IMG/VR virus record: IMGVR_UViG_3300045988_079665
Length of the DNA stretch: 64,000 nt
Strand: one strand, 5' to 3'
DNA from: a virus
Shown here: in pieces, positions 8,574 to 16,688 of the stretch
Numbering within the stretch: the stretch's first letter is position 1
How the letters are laid out: the number at the start of each line of letters is the position of its first letter
Position numbers and translations under genes: made by a program
Notes under the pieces: model-generated
The model's database searches: none
What the model saw: the letters and a program-made list of their open reading frames with translations, nothing else
What the model was told of the DNA's origin: nothing

Positions 8574-8963
8574 TCAATTGTGTGATTCAATTCTATATAT
8601 TCCTTTCTCACATTTAGAATACCAGAATGTCAATTCACCAATTTTCGAGCCTTCTTTAAGAAATCCAAATCCACCAATCACCCAATTGACATTAACTGCA
8701 CTAATTACATCCATTACAATTTTGATTTTGTTTGTAAAGCATTCTAGCATATCTGGTTCTGGATTACAATCTTCAAGATAATCAGCATATGCCCATATAT
8801 CAATATTACTATGAGTATGCAAAAAGAAATATTGAGGTGCATTCATTCTCAACGTAGAATCAACTAAGAATCTACCAATCTCAATGTCATATTCATCATA
8901 TACATATCCTACGCCAGAAATAGAAATGGGAACACCAGATGAAGCAGAAATTTCAACACTCAT
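8574..8963 (-). CDS. hypothetical protein (129 aa)
   Basis: Intact ORF; 4-nt overlap with the upstream gene. Confidence 0.55.
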   Translation of the reverse strand: MSVEISASSGVPISISGVGYVYDEYDIEIGRFLVDSTLRMNAPQYFFLHTHSNIDIWAYADYLEDCNPEPDMLECFTNKIKIVMDVISAVNVNWVIGGFGFLKEGSKIGELTFWYSKCEKGIYRIESHN

Positions 8964-9205
8964 ATATCAATACCTTCTTTCAAATTTCCCAATAGAATAC
9001 GCGATATTGTTTCTTTATCTCTATCTGAGCAATCGCCAAATTGCATTACGGAACACCATAAAACAGGACGTTTAATTCTCCAGTTATTGCGTTTTGAATA
9101 TATTACAACAAACTCAATCGGAATACGCTTATCCATTCTAACTTTGAATCCATTCCGTTCCACTTCTTTATCATCATGTTTCATATTAAAAATAAATTTG
9201 CCCAT
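8960..9205 (-). CDS. hypothetical protein (81 aa; possibly the 3' part of a TAA-interrupted 126-codon frame)
   Basis: The same reading frame is open back to an ATG at 9338..9340 that has a GGAGG RBS, except for one TAA at 9260..9262. Confidence 0.5.
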   Translation of the reverse strand: MGKFIFNMKHDDKEVERNGFKVRMDKRIPIEFVVIYSKRNNWRIKRPVLWCSVMQFGDCSDRDKETISRILLGNLKEGIDI

Positions 9206-9362
9206 TGGCTCACCTACATATGCAACAGGCTTAATTCCATTACAATAGGCTTGAATATATTATAATTTTTTATATACCCAATCTTTATGTATCATATAGC
9301 CGCCCCAAATATCATAGTCATCAGCAAGAAATTCAATCATAATCCACACCTCCTTTTCGATT

Positions 9363-10085
9363 TCACGGTTCAATTATACCATATTCATTTACTTTTGTCA
9401 AGAGAATATTTGCCCATTCTGCATTTTCATCTTCAGAGAGATAAAAGAACTTATGGTTAGCAATGTTTCCCCAATATTCCTGAGCCTCATGCCATTCACT
9501 ATAGCCATATGCAGGATTATAGAAATATAAAATCGGCTTGTCTGTTACAAATTTACCACCATAGAATATATCCATTACAGCATTCTTTATTTCATCATAT
9601 GCTTTTTTATCCTGCTTATCCAAATTTTCATTCCAGCCATCGTATCTATATGCCGATTTTACTTCTGTAGCTGACAGACCATCTTTCAGCATTGCGCTAA
9701 AATAACACTGAGCAACAGCCAGCTTGCCTTCATACGGCTCACCAGCGGCCTCACCACCTACTACACATTCAACAAACCATGTTTCATATTCAGTTAGATG
9801 AAACGGTGGCTCATAGGCGATAGTAGATTCTGATTCCTGTTCTTCAATCTGTGGTTCAGTTACTACAGTATCCATAACAACCACATCATTATCTTGTTGA
9901 TATTCAATTTTGGTTGTATCAATTGGTTCACATTTAATCCATTTAACAACCGGTTCAGATTCGCGCCGTTCATCCATCATCGAATTGTATTCTTGAATCT
10001 GTGTATACACAAATCCGCCACAAGCTGTAAATCCAACTAATGCCAACCCAATTCCTGCAATCATATATCGAATTTCATTTTTCAT
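9363..10085 (-). CDS. SleB/Hydrolase_2-like cell wall hydrolase with N-terminal membrane anchor
   Basis: VECVVGGEAAGEPYEGKLAVAQC resembles the SleB-family core, with an N-terminal TM IAGIGLALVGFTACGGF. Start set to ATG 10085 (AAGGAG RBS), downstream of the promoter at 10124..10152. Confidence 0.6.
   Translation of the reverse strand: MKNEIRYMIAGIGLALVGFTACGGFVYTQIQEYNSMMDERRESEPVVKWIKCEPIDTTKIEYQQDNDVVVMDTVVTEPQIEEQESESTIAYEPPFHLTEYETWFVECVVGGEAAGEPYEGKLAVAQCYFSAMLKDGLSATEVKSAYRYDGWNENLDKQDKKAYDEIKNAVMDIFYGGKFVTDKPILYFYNPAYGYSEWHEAQEYWGNIANHKFFYLSEDENAEWANILLTKVNEYGIIEP
9373..9401 (-). promoter_or_regulatory. sigma70-type promoter TTGACA-17-TATAAT
   Basis: Perfect consensus, located inside the 3' end of the hydrolase gene. 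Confidence 0.65.
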
Positions 10086-10123
10086 TGTCGATTCTCCTTT
10101 TTCAATCTCTGCCTCTGTATATG

Positions 10124-10152
10124 TATATATCACATTTAATTCTATTTGTCAA
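10124..10152 (-). promoter_or_regulatory. sigma70-type promoter TTGACA-17-TATATA
   Basis: -35 at 10147..10152, -10 at 10124..10129, 17-nt spacer. Confidence 0.65.
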
Positions 10153-10250
10153 GTACAATTTTCAATTTTCATTTTCTGAATAGGAATATTGATTTTCAAT
10201 TTCTAACTTGTTTTTCATTTTCGAAAATCATTTTTCATTTTCTAGCCCGT
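10153..10250. repeat. phased T-tract repeats TTTTCA(A/T)TTTC
   Basis: TTTTCA at 10159, 10166, 10193, 10212 and 10232; the last three are 19-20 bp apart. They lie immediately upstream of the promoter at 10124..10152. Confidence 0.7.
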
Positions 10251-10740
10251 ACATACATAGATATTTATATACATATCTATCTGCACATACATTTACATAT
10301 TCATATGCAGATTCATCTGCATCATCATGCATATAAATGATGTAGATAGATGTATTTATAGATAATACGTGGCTTTGTGTCTATAAATATAAACGCCACA
10401 TTTACTTTCATGCACATATCGGCAAACATATTAGCACCAAAGTCAATGTCATTCACATTTTTCATATGAATATATGTGAATATTCACACATTTTCCCAAC
10501 AAGTTTATGTATTGATTTGCCGCTTTTTCTATTTAGACATATAGATATATACTATTATCATCAGTCTATTACATGCACACATTATTTTGTATAGATATAA
10601 TGCTTGATTGTCAACTATGGCAGAATCGCCGCAATTAGCTGTATTGCACCATCTGCGTCTCACTATGCCAATTTCAACGCAATCTCATATACATACTAGA
10701 CTCGGCGCAAAAGTCCGTTGTACGTCATCAGAGCCGCACC

Positions 10741-10960
10741 GCCACGATTATATGTAGGCATATATTACTGGGGAAAATCTGCATAGCTTAAGCCGCACAC
10801 ACACATGAGAAAAATCTAGTCGATTTTTTCGCGCCGAGCCAGTGTATGTACTGTATATAGTTGGGGAAAATGTAAAAAATTGTAAGGTCACATATACGCG
10901 AGGATTTTTTGCATCGATTTATTGCTTCATTTGAATAAAGTGTATCTGGGAAAATATGAT
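10741..10960. repeat. three imperfect direct repeats ending in TGGGGAAAAT, with a period of about 90 bp
   Basis: Cores at 10769..10778, 10862..10871 and 10947..10955, each preceded by a TATAT-rich 15-20 nt of similar sequence. Confidence 0.6.
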
Positions 10961-11191
10961 AATTGGAAACCACTGGCAATTTAGTTAAATGTCTCTAACT
11001 CATGGCCGACTTTCCCCTCCTCATAGGTGCTTCCCTAGGTCACTTTAATTATAGCAGATCGTGTGCCATATGTCAACAAAAAAATTTGTACAAAAATAAG
11101 CCACCCATTTTAGGCACATTGTACAATGCTCTTCTGGCGGCTTTGGCGGCTTTATACGGCGCGAACTATGCTAGAGCTATAGAAAACATAG

Positions 11192-11227
11192 GGAAACAAA
11201 GAAAACCCGTTAACGTCTGTCAACGGG
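11192..11227 (-). terminator. rho-independent terminator of the island operon
   Basis: Stem cccgtt/aacggg followed on the minus strand by TTTTCTTTGTTT. Confidence 0.6.
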
Positions 11228-11386
11228 CTTGTTGCAATATGTATCAATAGCGCACTGGCAATCTTTCTTTGTGCGATATTTTCCGAAACATAGCAACTTG
11301 GAAAATTTGCGTTCTTCTGTATTATAAACACACCACCATAATCTTCTATCAATCGCAGTTCTTTTCATTGGTATAAATTTGTCCAT
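11210..11386 (-). CDS. small basic protein (58 aa)
   Basis: Hand-translated MDKFIPMKRTAIDRRLWWCVYNTEERKFSKLLCFGKYRTKKDCQCAIDTYCNKPVDRR with a GGAAGGAG RBS. Preferred over the overlapping track ORF 11152..11352, which has no RBS. Confidence 0.55.
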   Translation of the reverse strand: MDKFIPMKRTAIDRRLWWCVYNTEERKFSKLLCFGKYRTKKDCQCAIDTYCNKPVDRR

Positions 11387-11503
11387 TTTATTTTACTCCT
11401 TCCATTTCTCAACCGCTCAGCGCCTTGCTACGGACTTTCCAGCGCGTCCGGCTATGTTTACTTGTCTTTTCTGTTTGTGGCGTGGTGGGCTTGCTATGCC
11501 GTC

Positions 11504-11737
11504 TTAAGATAATTCAAACTTGACAAGCTCCACAGCGGCCGCGTGTAGCTGAGACGGCACGCTTGCGATATAGTCATATAGCTCCGCCGGGAGCAAATCA
11601 CAACCTACCGCCATATATCCGGCGCGCTCCGTCCAACGTGTATAAATATGGCACTTGTCACAATGGCGGCAGTCTCCACCACATTTTTCCAATTTTCTTC
11701 CAGCCGTTTCTAACTGTTTGATCTGTTTTTTCGTCAT
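11504..11737 (-). CDS. Cys-rich small protein (77 aa)
   Basis: CGGDCRHCDKCH motif; GC-rich codon usage typical of the island. Confidence 0.6.
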   Translation of the reverse strand: MTKKQIKQLETAGRKLEKCGGDCRHCDKCHIYTRWTERAGYMAVGCDLLPAELYDYIASVPSQLHAAAVELVKFELS

Positions 11738-11752
11738 GGTAAAATCCCCCTA

Positions 11753-11941
11753 TCATTTAACATATTCAAAAGTCAATTTATCATAGTCATAAATCGTAAC
11801 ATATTTAACAGGAATTGACGCGATTTCAATATGTTTTACGTTGTGTAAGTAATTTTTTAGCGCCTTTTGACTGGAAAATTTTGTGGTAGTGAAAAGATAT
11901 TCCCCGTTAACATAGCAACGGATTTTCCTATTTCTTTCCAT
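11753..11941 (-). CDS. hypothetical protein (62 aa)
   Basis: Intact ORF with a GAGGAGG RBS. Confidence 0.55.
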   Translation of the reverse strand: MERNRKIRCYVNGEYLFTTTKFSSQKALKNYLHNVKHIEIASIPVKYVTIYDYDKLTFEYVK

Positions 11942-11956
11942 GGTAAAATCCTCCTC

Positions 11957-12181
11957 TTATTTATAATTTTTTACAATAAATTCCATTGCTTCTTCTTCCG
12001 TGTCAAATATTTTGACTCTGTTTTCCCAATTTTTACAAGTGTAAGGATTTCCCGCCCACGCTATAAAATAAGTTTGTTTAACGCTTCTACAATGATCTTG
12101 TAACATTCCGATATATCCATTTTTTGTATGGATGTAATACGTGTCAAAATAAGCGTTCCCTTGTCTGTAAATCTTTTCCAT
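11957..12181 (-). CDS. hypothetical protein (74 aa)
   Basis: Intact ORF with an AAGGAG RBS. Confidence 0.55.
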   Translation of the reverse strand: MEKIYRQGNAYFDTYYIHTKNGYIGMLQDHCRSVKQTYFIAWAGNPYTCKNWENRVKIFDTEEEAMEFIVKNYK

Positions 12182-12183
12182 GG

Positions 12184-12414
12184 TTATTCTCCTTTACAAT
12201 TTCTAACACTCTGTACCCGCTCGACCACCTTGTAAAAAAGTGGCAGAATTTCCGGGCGCGGATACTTCATTTTGCAAAATTCCTTATACGTCGCAGGCTG
12301 ACAAGCACAAGCCGCGATATAATCTTGATCGTTGTCTATGTCATATCCCACGGAGTCGGCCAGACGTTGTAGGGATAATAATTTCTTATCCCAAAATTTT
12401 ACAGTATGTTTCAT
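12184..12414 (-). CDS. hypothetical protein (76 aa)
   Basis: Intact ORF with a GGAGGT RBS. Confidence 0.55.
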   Translation of the reverse strand: MKHTVKFWDKKLLSLQRLADSVGYDIDNDQDYIAACACQPATYKEFCKMKYPRPEILPLFYKVVERVQSVRNCKGE

Positions 12415-12418
12415 TATG

Positions 12419-12544
12419 TTAACCTCCTAAAATTTTACAAATAAGCGCAGGAATCCAAAACAAGCTGGAAATTGCTACCAGACCACCTAAAAACTGGAGC
12501 GTCCAGTAAATGGGATTTAAACGGCGTTTACGTCTTTTTTGCAT
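12419..12544 (-). CDS. small membrane protein (41 aa)
   Basis: Hand-translated MQKRRKRRLNPIYWTLQFLGGLVAISSLFWIPALICKILGG with an AAGGAGG RBS. Confidence 0.5.
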   Translation of the reverse strand: MQKRRKRRLNPIYWTLQFLGGLVAISSLFWIPALICKILGG

Positions 12545-12556
12545 GGTTTTGCCTCC

Positions 12557-12883
12557 TTACTCAATAATGACGCTTGTGCTATCGGTATACAAATAATCAT
12601 AGCCCTGACGGCACCACGCCGCCCCGTATGGGTAAATATATTTATCAGCATATCCAGCAAAAGACGGATTTAATTTTCTGCGTTCACGTTCGGCCCTTGC
12701 AAGCTGGAGCGCTTGTGCGCGTGTAATACGTTCTGCGTCTGGATAATCTTGTAAAAAATCTTCCGTTGTAAATTTCTTACAATAGCTAGGATTTTCTGGA
12801 TAGTATCCAGCATCGGTTGTGTAAAAAAGCTTGTATTGATTGCCAAAATCCCCGTGTACTACAAAATATTTTCTTTTTTCCAT
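12557..12883 (-). CDS. hypothetical protein (108 aa)
   Basis: Intact ORF with an AAGGAGG RBS. Confidence 0.6.
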   Translation of the reverse strand: MEKRKYFVVHGDFGNQYKLFYTTDAGYYPENPSYCKKFTTEDFLQDYPDAERITRAQALQLARAERERRKLNPSFAGYADKYIYPYGAAWCRQGYDYLYTDSTSVIIE

Positions 12884-12966
12884 TGTAATTTCCTCCTTAT
12901 TTTATCTTAAAAAAATGTTATGGGGTGCCGCTTTTTTATGGAAAACGGCCTAGAAAACCGCTTGTT

Positions 12967-13515
12967 TTATTCCGCAAAAAGATTTTTAATTTCTTCCAGG
13001 TCTTTTTCCGGTATGTTGGAAATGACCCACCCGTGACCGTATTTATAGGGCTTTCCGTCCGCTTTACGTGTTCCGATCAAATCAGCAGTTAACGGCACTT
13101 CATACAGTCCGCAATTTTTTAGCATTTCACAAACTTTTTTATAGTCATATTCATTCCCTTTAACTTTCCACTCCGCAACAGCTTTTTCTTGTTCTGGCGT
13201 CCCAGCGTGCATGCCGTTCAAATGATATTTTTTCCAAAAAGTATAAATTTTTTGGAAAAGAGGCGTTTTAATATATTTTGCAATGTCATCAAGATTTTGA
13301 CCGCCGGAACAAATATCAGAATGGCGAGAGTTCCAGATGCTCCCACTCGCAGAAAATTCAATATATTTATTATTATATTTTTCGGTAAAATTGCCAGCCT
13401 TATCAAATACTTTTTCTCCGCCTTTTTCTTCCAGACAAATAGTCACGTCAACGGCGCAATCTTTCCGGCCTCTGTTCATATAATCGATTTTACCAAAATT
13501 AAAAGTTTTTTCCAT
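12967..13515 (-). CDS. hypothetical protein (182 aa)
   Basis: Largest ORF of the island, with a CAGGAGGAAC RBS. The antisense track ORFs overlapping it are low-complexity. Confidence 0.65.
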   Translation of the reverse strand: MEKTFNFGKIDYMNRGRKDCAVDVTICLEEKGGEKVFDKAGNFTEKYNNKYIEFSASGSIWNSRHSDICSGGQNLDDIAKYIKTPLFQKIYTFWKKYHLNGMHAGTPEQEKAVAEWKVKGNEYDYKKVCEMLKNCGLYEVPLTADLIGTRKADGKPYKYGHGWVISNIPEKDLEEIKNLFAE

Positions 13516-13927
13516 TTTTTGTTCCTCCTGAATTTTTTGTTTGGTTGTTTATCGTGCCTTAAGTATAACCGATATTTTTTTATAATGTCAATCGGCATGT
13601 TGTACAAATTTTAATTGGTTTCTTTGTTTATTTTTTTATAGTTTGGCGGGATTGCTCCCGCCTTGCTAGTTACTGTCTATCAATCCATTCTCTAGCGGCT
13701 TTTTCGGTTTCTACCTTTGCTATAATTTTACCGCTTGTGTCTCGAATGTAATAGACGCTTTCGGATTCCTGAATTAAGAATCCTTTGTATTGTTCTTCCG
13801 TTGTTCTCACCTCCCTTGCATGGTTATATGATACAGCACGACACCGGAAAAGTCAATATAGCAGCTATAAAAATATTGCACAAAAAAGCGCGGCTGATTT
13901 TATGCAAATTGACGAAGGATATGGACA

Positions 13928-13961
13928 TAAAAATCCCGGCCAGCTATGACGGCCAGCCGGG
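13928..13961 (-). terminator. rho-independent terminator
   Basis: Stem cccggc/gccggg followed on the minus strand by ATTTTTAT. Confidence 0.55.
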
Positions 13962-13969
13962 AAAAACTA

Positions 13970-14128
13970 TTATTTTTGTTTGCGCCAGATATTATAATCG
14001 CTTGCACTCATAATCTTGTAACCTCCGTCCACTTTAACAATCACTTGATCTCTTGTTGCTGCCTTGCTTGCATAATAACGGGATGCATACAAACCGGACT
14101 TCTGATCGTAACCCTTGCAATATGTCAT
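13970..14128 (-). CDS. small protein (52 aa)
   Basis: Hand-translated MTYCKGYDQKSGLYASRYYASKAATRDQVIVKVDGGYKIMSASDYNIWRKQK. It has a GGAGGT RBS, a TAGACA-17-TATATT promoter-like site upstream and a terminator downstream. Confidence 0.55.
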   Translation of the reverse strand: MTYCKGYDQKSGLYASRYYASKAATRDQVIVKVDGGYKIMSASDYNIWRKQK

Positions 14129-14549
14129 TGTAATAACCTCCAGATAATGTATTATTGCCTTGTGGCTTGTTTATAATATAGCAGACTATGCGCCATTTGT
14201 CTATCTTTTTATAATGTTTTTTTGTATATTTTAATATATGGTTATTATATATATTATATGTATATGCGATCAATTTACTACAATGTTATTGTAAGGCCAC
14301 TGGAGCCGTTTTAAGTAGTTTTCAGGTCGAGCCGTGTTTTTATATGCCTGATCTTTTTATTCCGTTATACAGTTTTTATACAGTTTGATTATTCATTGTT
14401 TTGATAGTAAATAGCTATGATATACACTTAGAAAGTTAGAATATACTAGAATTACATAGATTATTGTATAGATATGATATGCATATACTACATATTTATT
14501 CATTTATTGCTTATTGGTACAGTGTCTTAATAGTTATATAGATATAATT

Positions 14550-14684
14550 ATATCGATATTGATTATTGTATATTTTTATCGATATATTATATCGGTATAA
14601 TTATCTATATAATGTACTGATTATAATAGTTACAATATTGTAACTATGTATTACAAAGTAGTAACAGTATTTAAATATCGATAT
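14550..14684. repeat. cluster of AT-rich palindromes
   Basis: ATATCGATAT at 14550..14559 and 14675..14684; TATCGATA at 14577..14584; a perfect 22-bp palindrome atagttacaatattgtaactat at 14626..14647. Confidence 0.75.
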
Positions 14685-14921
14685 AATAGTATTGAATATG
14701 GTATCTTGTGTGGTATATTAGATGTTATTGTATGTTATAGTAGTTGGTATGATATAGATAATGGGGTAAATGATAGTAAATAGGGTTTATTGCATGGAGT
14801 AAATATGGTTTACCAAAAAGCGTGTATCAGGTAACACGTACGCGAGTATCTAATTTTTTGCAATCGATTTTGACAACAGAAATTTTAGACTATTCTAAAA
14901 ATCCGGAAAAATCAGTCTATA

Positions 14922-14944
14922 ATAATAGGAATCATTCCTATTAT
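14922..14944. repeat. perfect 23-bp palindrome ataataggaat-c-attcctattat
   Basis: 11-bp arms around a single central base. Confidence 0.8.
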
Positions 14945-15184
14945 AGCCCGATACGCCGGCAAAGTGCTATTTTCAGGCGTTTTTTAAGATGGTAGCATTT
15001 TCCAGTACGGGGGCTAGGATATGGATGGGAATGGTAGAAATGGAAGAAATTGGCATTTAGCACAACAAGCTACATACCATGTAATCACATCATAAATTCA
15101 TATAACCCACGCATCACTATTTAGCAACAATTCACACAACCCGTAACAGATATTATTTTCCCCATCATAATAATTTACAATTTG

Positions 15185-15216
15185 TTAACAAATAGATGAT
15201 TAGAATATGGTATAAT
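15185..15216 (+). promoter_or_regulatory. extended -10 promoter (TTAACA-20-TGgTATAAT), paralog of the promoter at 21437
   Basis: gaatatggtataat matches gaatatatggtataat of the 21437 promoter. A second TATAAT lies at 15256..15261. Confidence 0.5.
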
Positions 15217-15251
15217 TAGATGATGATAAAAAAGTTGTACAATCGCTGATA

Positions 15252-15279
15252 CTAATATAATACGTTAGTATTATTATAG
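15252..15279 (+). promoter_or_regulatory. leader hairpin or operator with apex aatac-gtta-gtatt
   Basis: The 14-nt core aatacgttagtatt is identical to that at 21480..21493. The lower stem differs in sequence but still pairs. Confidence 0.5.
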
Positions 15280-15338
15280 TGTCACGCAATGTACAAAAAT
15301 TTTACATCAATGTACAAAAAAATAGAAAGGAAGAAAAT

Positions 15339-16379
15339 ATGCCAAGCAAACCAAAATACCTGCCATCCAACGAAGATAATAAATTAATTGACGCTCTTAT
15401 CAAAATAGAAGGGCGCGAATTAAAATATCCAGAGTTATGCAAGGCGCTTGATATTCCAACCAAATCTGGCAACACTAAGATATCTCAACTAGATAAAGTT
15501 CGGAATTATTGCCAACTAGATACTCTAGAACATCCCACCCGTTATATTGTCCAAGAGGTCTATCCTGAAGCAGATGCCCTTATCAATGAGCTAGATAAAG
15601 ATTCCTATCAAGCCGCATTTGAAGCCGCTCTTTATCAAATATTTCTAAAGACAAACTGCGCCACTATATATGCGTCAACCAGCAATTTGCTCAGGATGTT
15701 CCAAGAGGTTAATGATAATTTCAGCTATACATATAGCCAAGCCGTAGAAAATTCAGAGCATTATGGATATATGAGCTTAGTCAATGGCGTTGTTTATAAT
15801 ATCCTAGCTCAATGGACTAGGCGCAAATTGCTAACCATGAAAAATCGTTATGTCATTGATCTAAATAGGGGCTATCGTCTCTATAAACAACGGCGCAACC
15901 CAGAAGGAAAAGAAACGTGGCTCGAAACATATGATGTGCCAGAAGATAGCATAGATCATCAGACCTGCTTATCCATCTATTCTAAAGCCGTCAATGAGAT
16001 TATGCCGCCAAATTGGGGCAAGGTCATAGATAATAGGGTCTACAAGCCATATGTGTCAACAGAACAATATAAGGCGTTTGAAGCACGACTTGCACAATTA
16101 ACCCAAGAGGCATTTGATGGTGAATATGTCAAAGTCAAAGAGGTTTATATCATCAAGCCAGCAACAAAGGAATGGATTGTCAATCGGCTATTAGATGTCT
16201 ATGAGCATTATCCTAGCTTTGAGAAAATCAATAAAGAAGCGTGTGCGAAGATTATTCAGACCAGCCAGCTTAGTTGTATTACAGGCAAACAGCGGCGCGA
16301 ATTTGTTGACATCAATATGGACAATAAGCAAAGCGATAAACTCAAGGATTTAGTTGCTAGTGAAAAGTGTAATCAATAA
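15339..16379 (+). CDS. hypothetical protein (346 aa), possible N-terminal HTH; function unknown
   Basis: Lone plus-strand gene between minus-strand blocks. Start set to ATG 15339 (GAAAGGAAG RBS); the N-terminal YPELCKALDIPTKSGNTKISQL looks HTH-like. Confidence 0.7.
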   Translation: MPSKPKYLPSNEDNKLIDALIKIEGRELKYPELCKALDIPTKSGNTKISQLDKVRNYCQLDTLEHPTRYIVQEVYPEADALINELDKDSYQAAFEAALYQIFLKTNCATIYASTSNLLRMFQEVNDNFSYTYSQAVENSEHYGYMSLVNGVVYNILAQWTRRKLLTMKNRYVIDLNRGYRLYKQRRNPEGKETWLETYDVPEDSIDHQTCLSIYSKAVNEIMPPNWGKVIDNRVYKPYVSTEQYKAFEARLAQLTQEAFDGEYVKVKEVYIIKPATKEWIVNRLLDVYEHYPSFEKINKEACAKIIQTSQLSCITGKQRREFVDINMDNKQSDKLKDLVASEKCNQ

Positions 16380-16380
16380 A

Positions 16381-16431
16381 AAATCTGCCCCAATTTATTC
16401 CCTATATGTATAGGGTCTTTGGGGCAGATTT
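16381..16431. terminator. bidirectional terminator
   Basis: 12-bp stem aaatctgcccca/tggggcagattt with A-run upstream and T-run downstream, sited between convergent genes. Confidence 0.75.
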
Positions 16432-16435
16432 CATT

Positions 16436-16630
16436 TTATTCTACTGTATTACAAGTTGAACCTTCATCATAAATGAACGGTGGGTTGCCTGTGTTCACAT
16501 ATGTTAATCCATTGTACTCGTATTTTTGACCAGTACAAATTTTGGCGCTTCTCCAATTTGTCACAAATTGCTTATATTTACATCCTAGCGTCGTTTCTAC
16601 ACATTCAGGCCAATTTGCATTTTCTCTCAA
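16436..16630 (-). CDS. hypothetical protein (64 aa, TTG start)
   Basis: Intact ORF, but weak start context. Confidence 0.4.
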   Translation of the reverse strand: MRENANWPECVETTLGCKYKQFVTNWRSAKICTGQKYEYNGLTYVNTGNPPFIYDEGSTCNTVE

Positions 16631-16688
16631 TTGCTTATATTCTGACCTATTCTAAGTCTCAATAGTTGACGTATATCCACTTGCCATA

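Noticed and set aside
10146-10340. ORF 10146..10340(+) with a His/Leu/Ile repeat (HLHIHMQIHLHHH)
   Set aside because: It is a translation artefact of the cat/ata-rich repeat DNA and has no start context.
10475-10488. CRP-type site TGTGA....TCACA
   Set aside because: The half-sites are separated by 4 nt rather than the 6 nt of the CRP consensus, and the inferred host type does not use CRP this way.
10741-10960. Possible CRISPR array
   Set aside because: There are only three imperfect repeats, the conserved core is about 10-20 nt, the spacing is unequal, and no cas genes are present. It was classed as iteron-like repeats instead.
13189-13614. Plus-strand ORF 13189..13614 and minus-strand alternate frame 13218..13406
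   Set aside because: They overlap the 182-aa minus-strand gene, which has a strong RBS. They are Phe/Ile-rich low-complexity translations of AT-rich antisense sequence.
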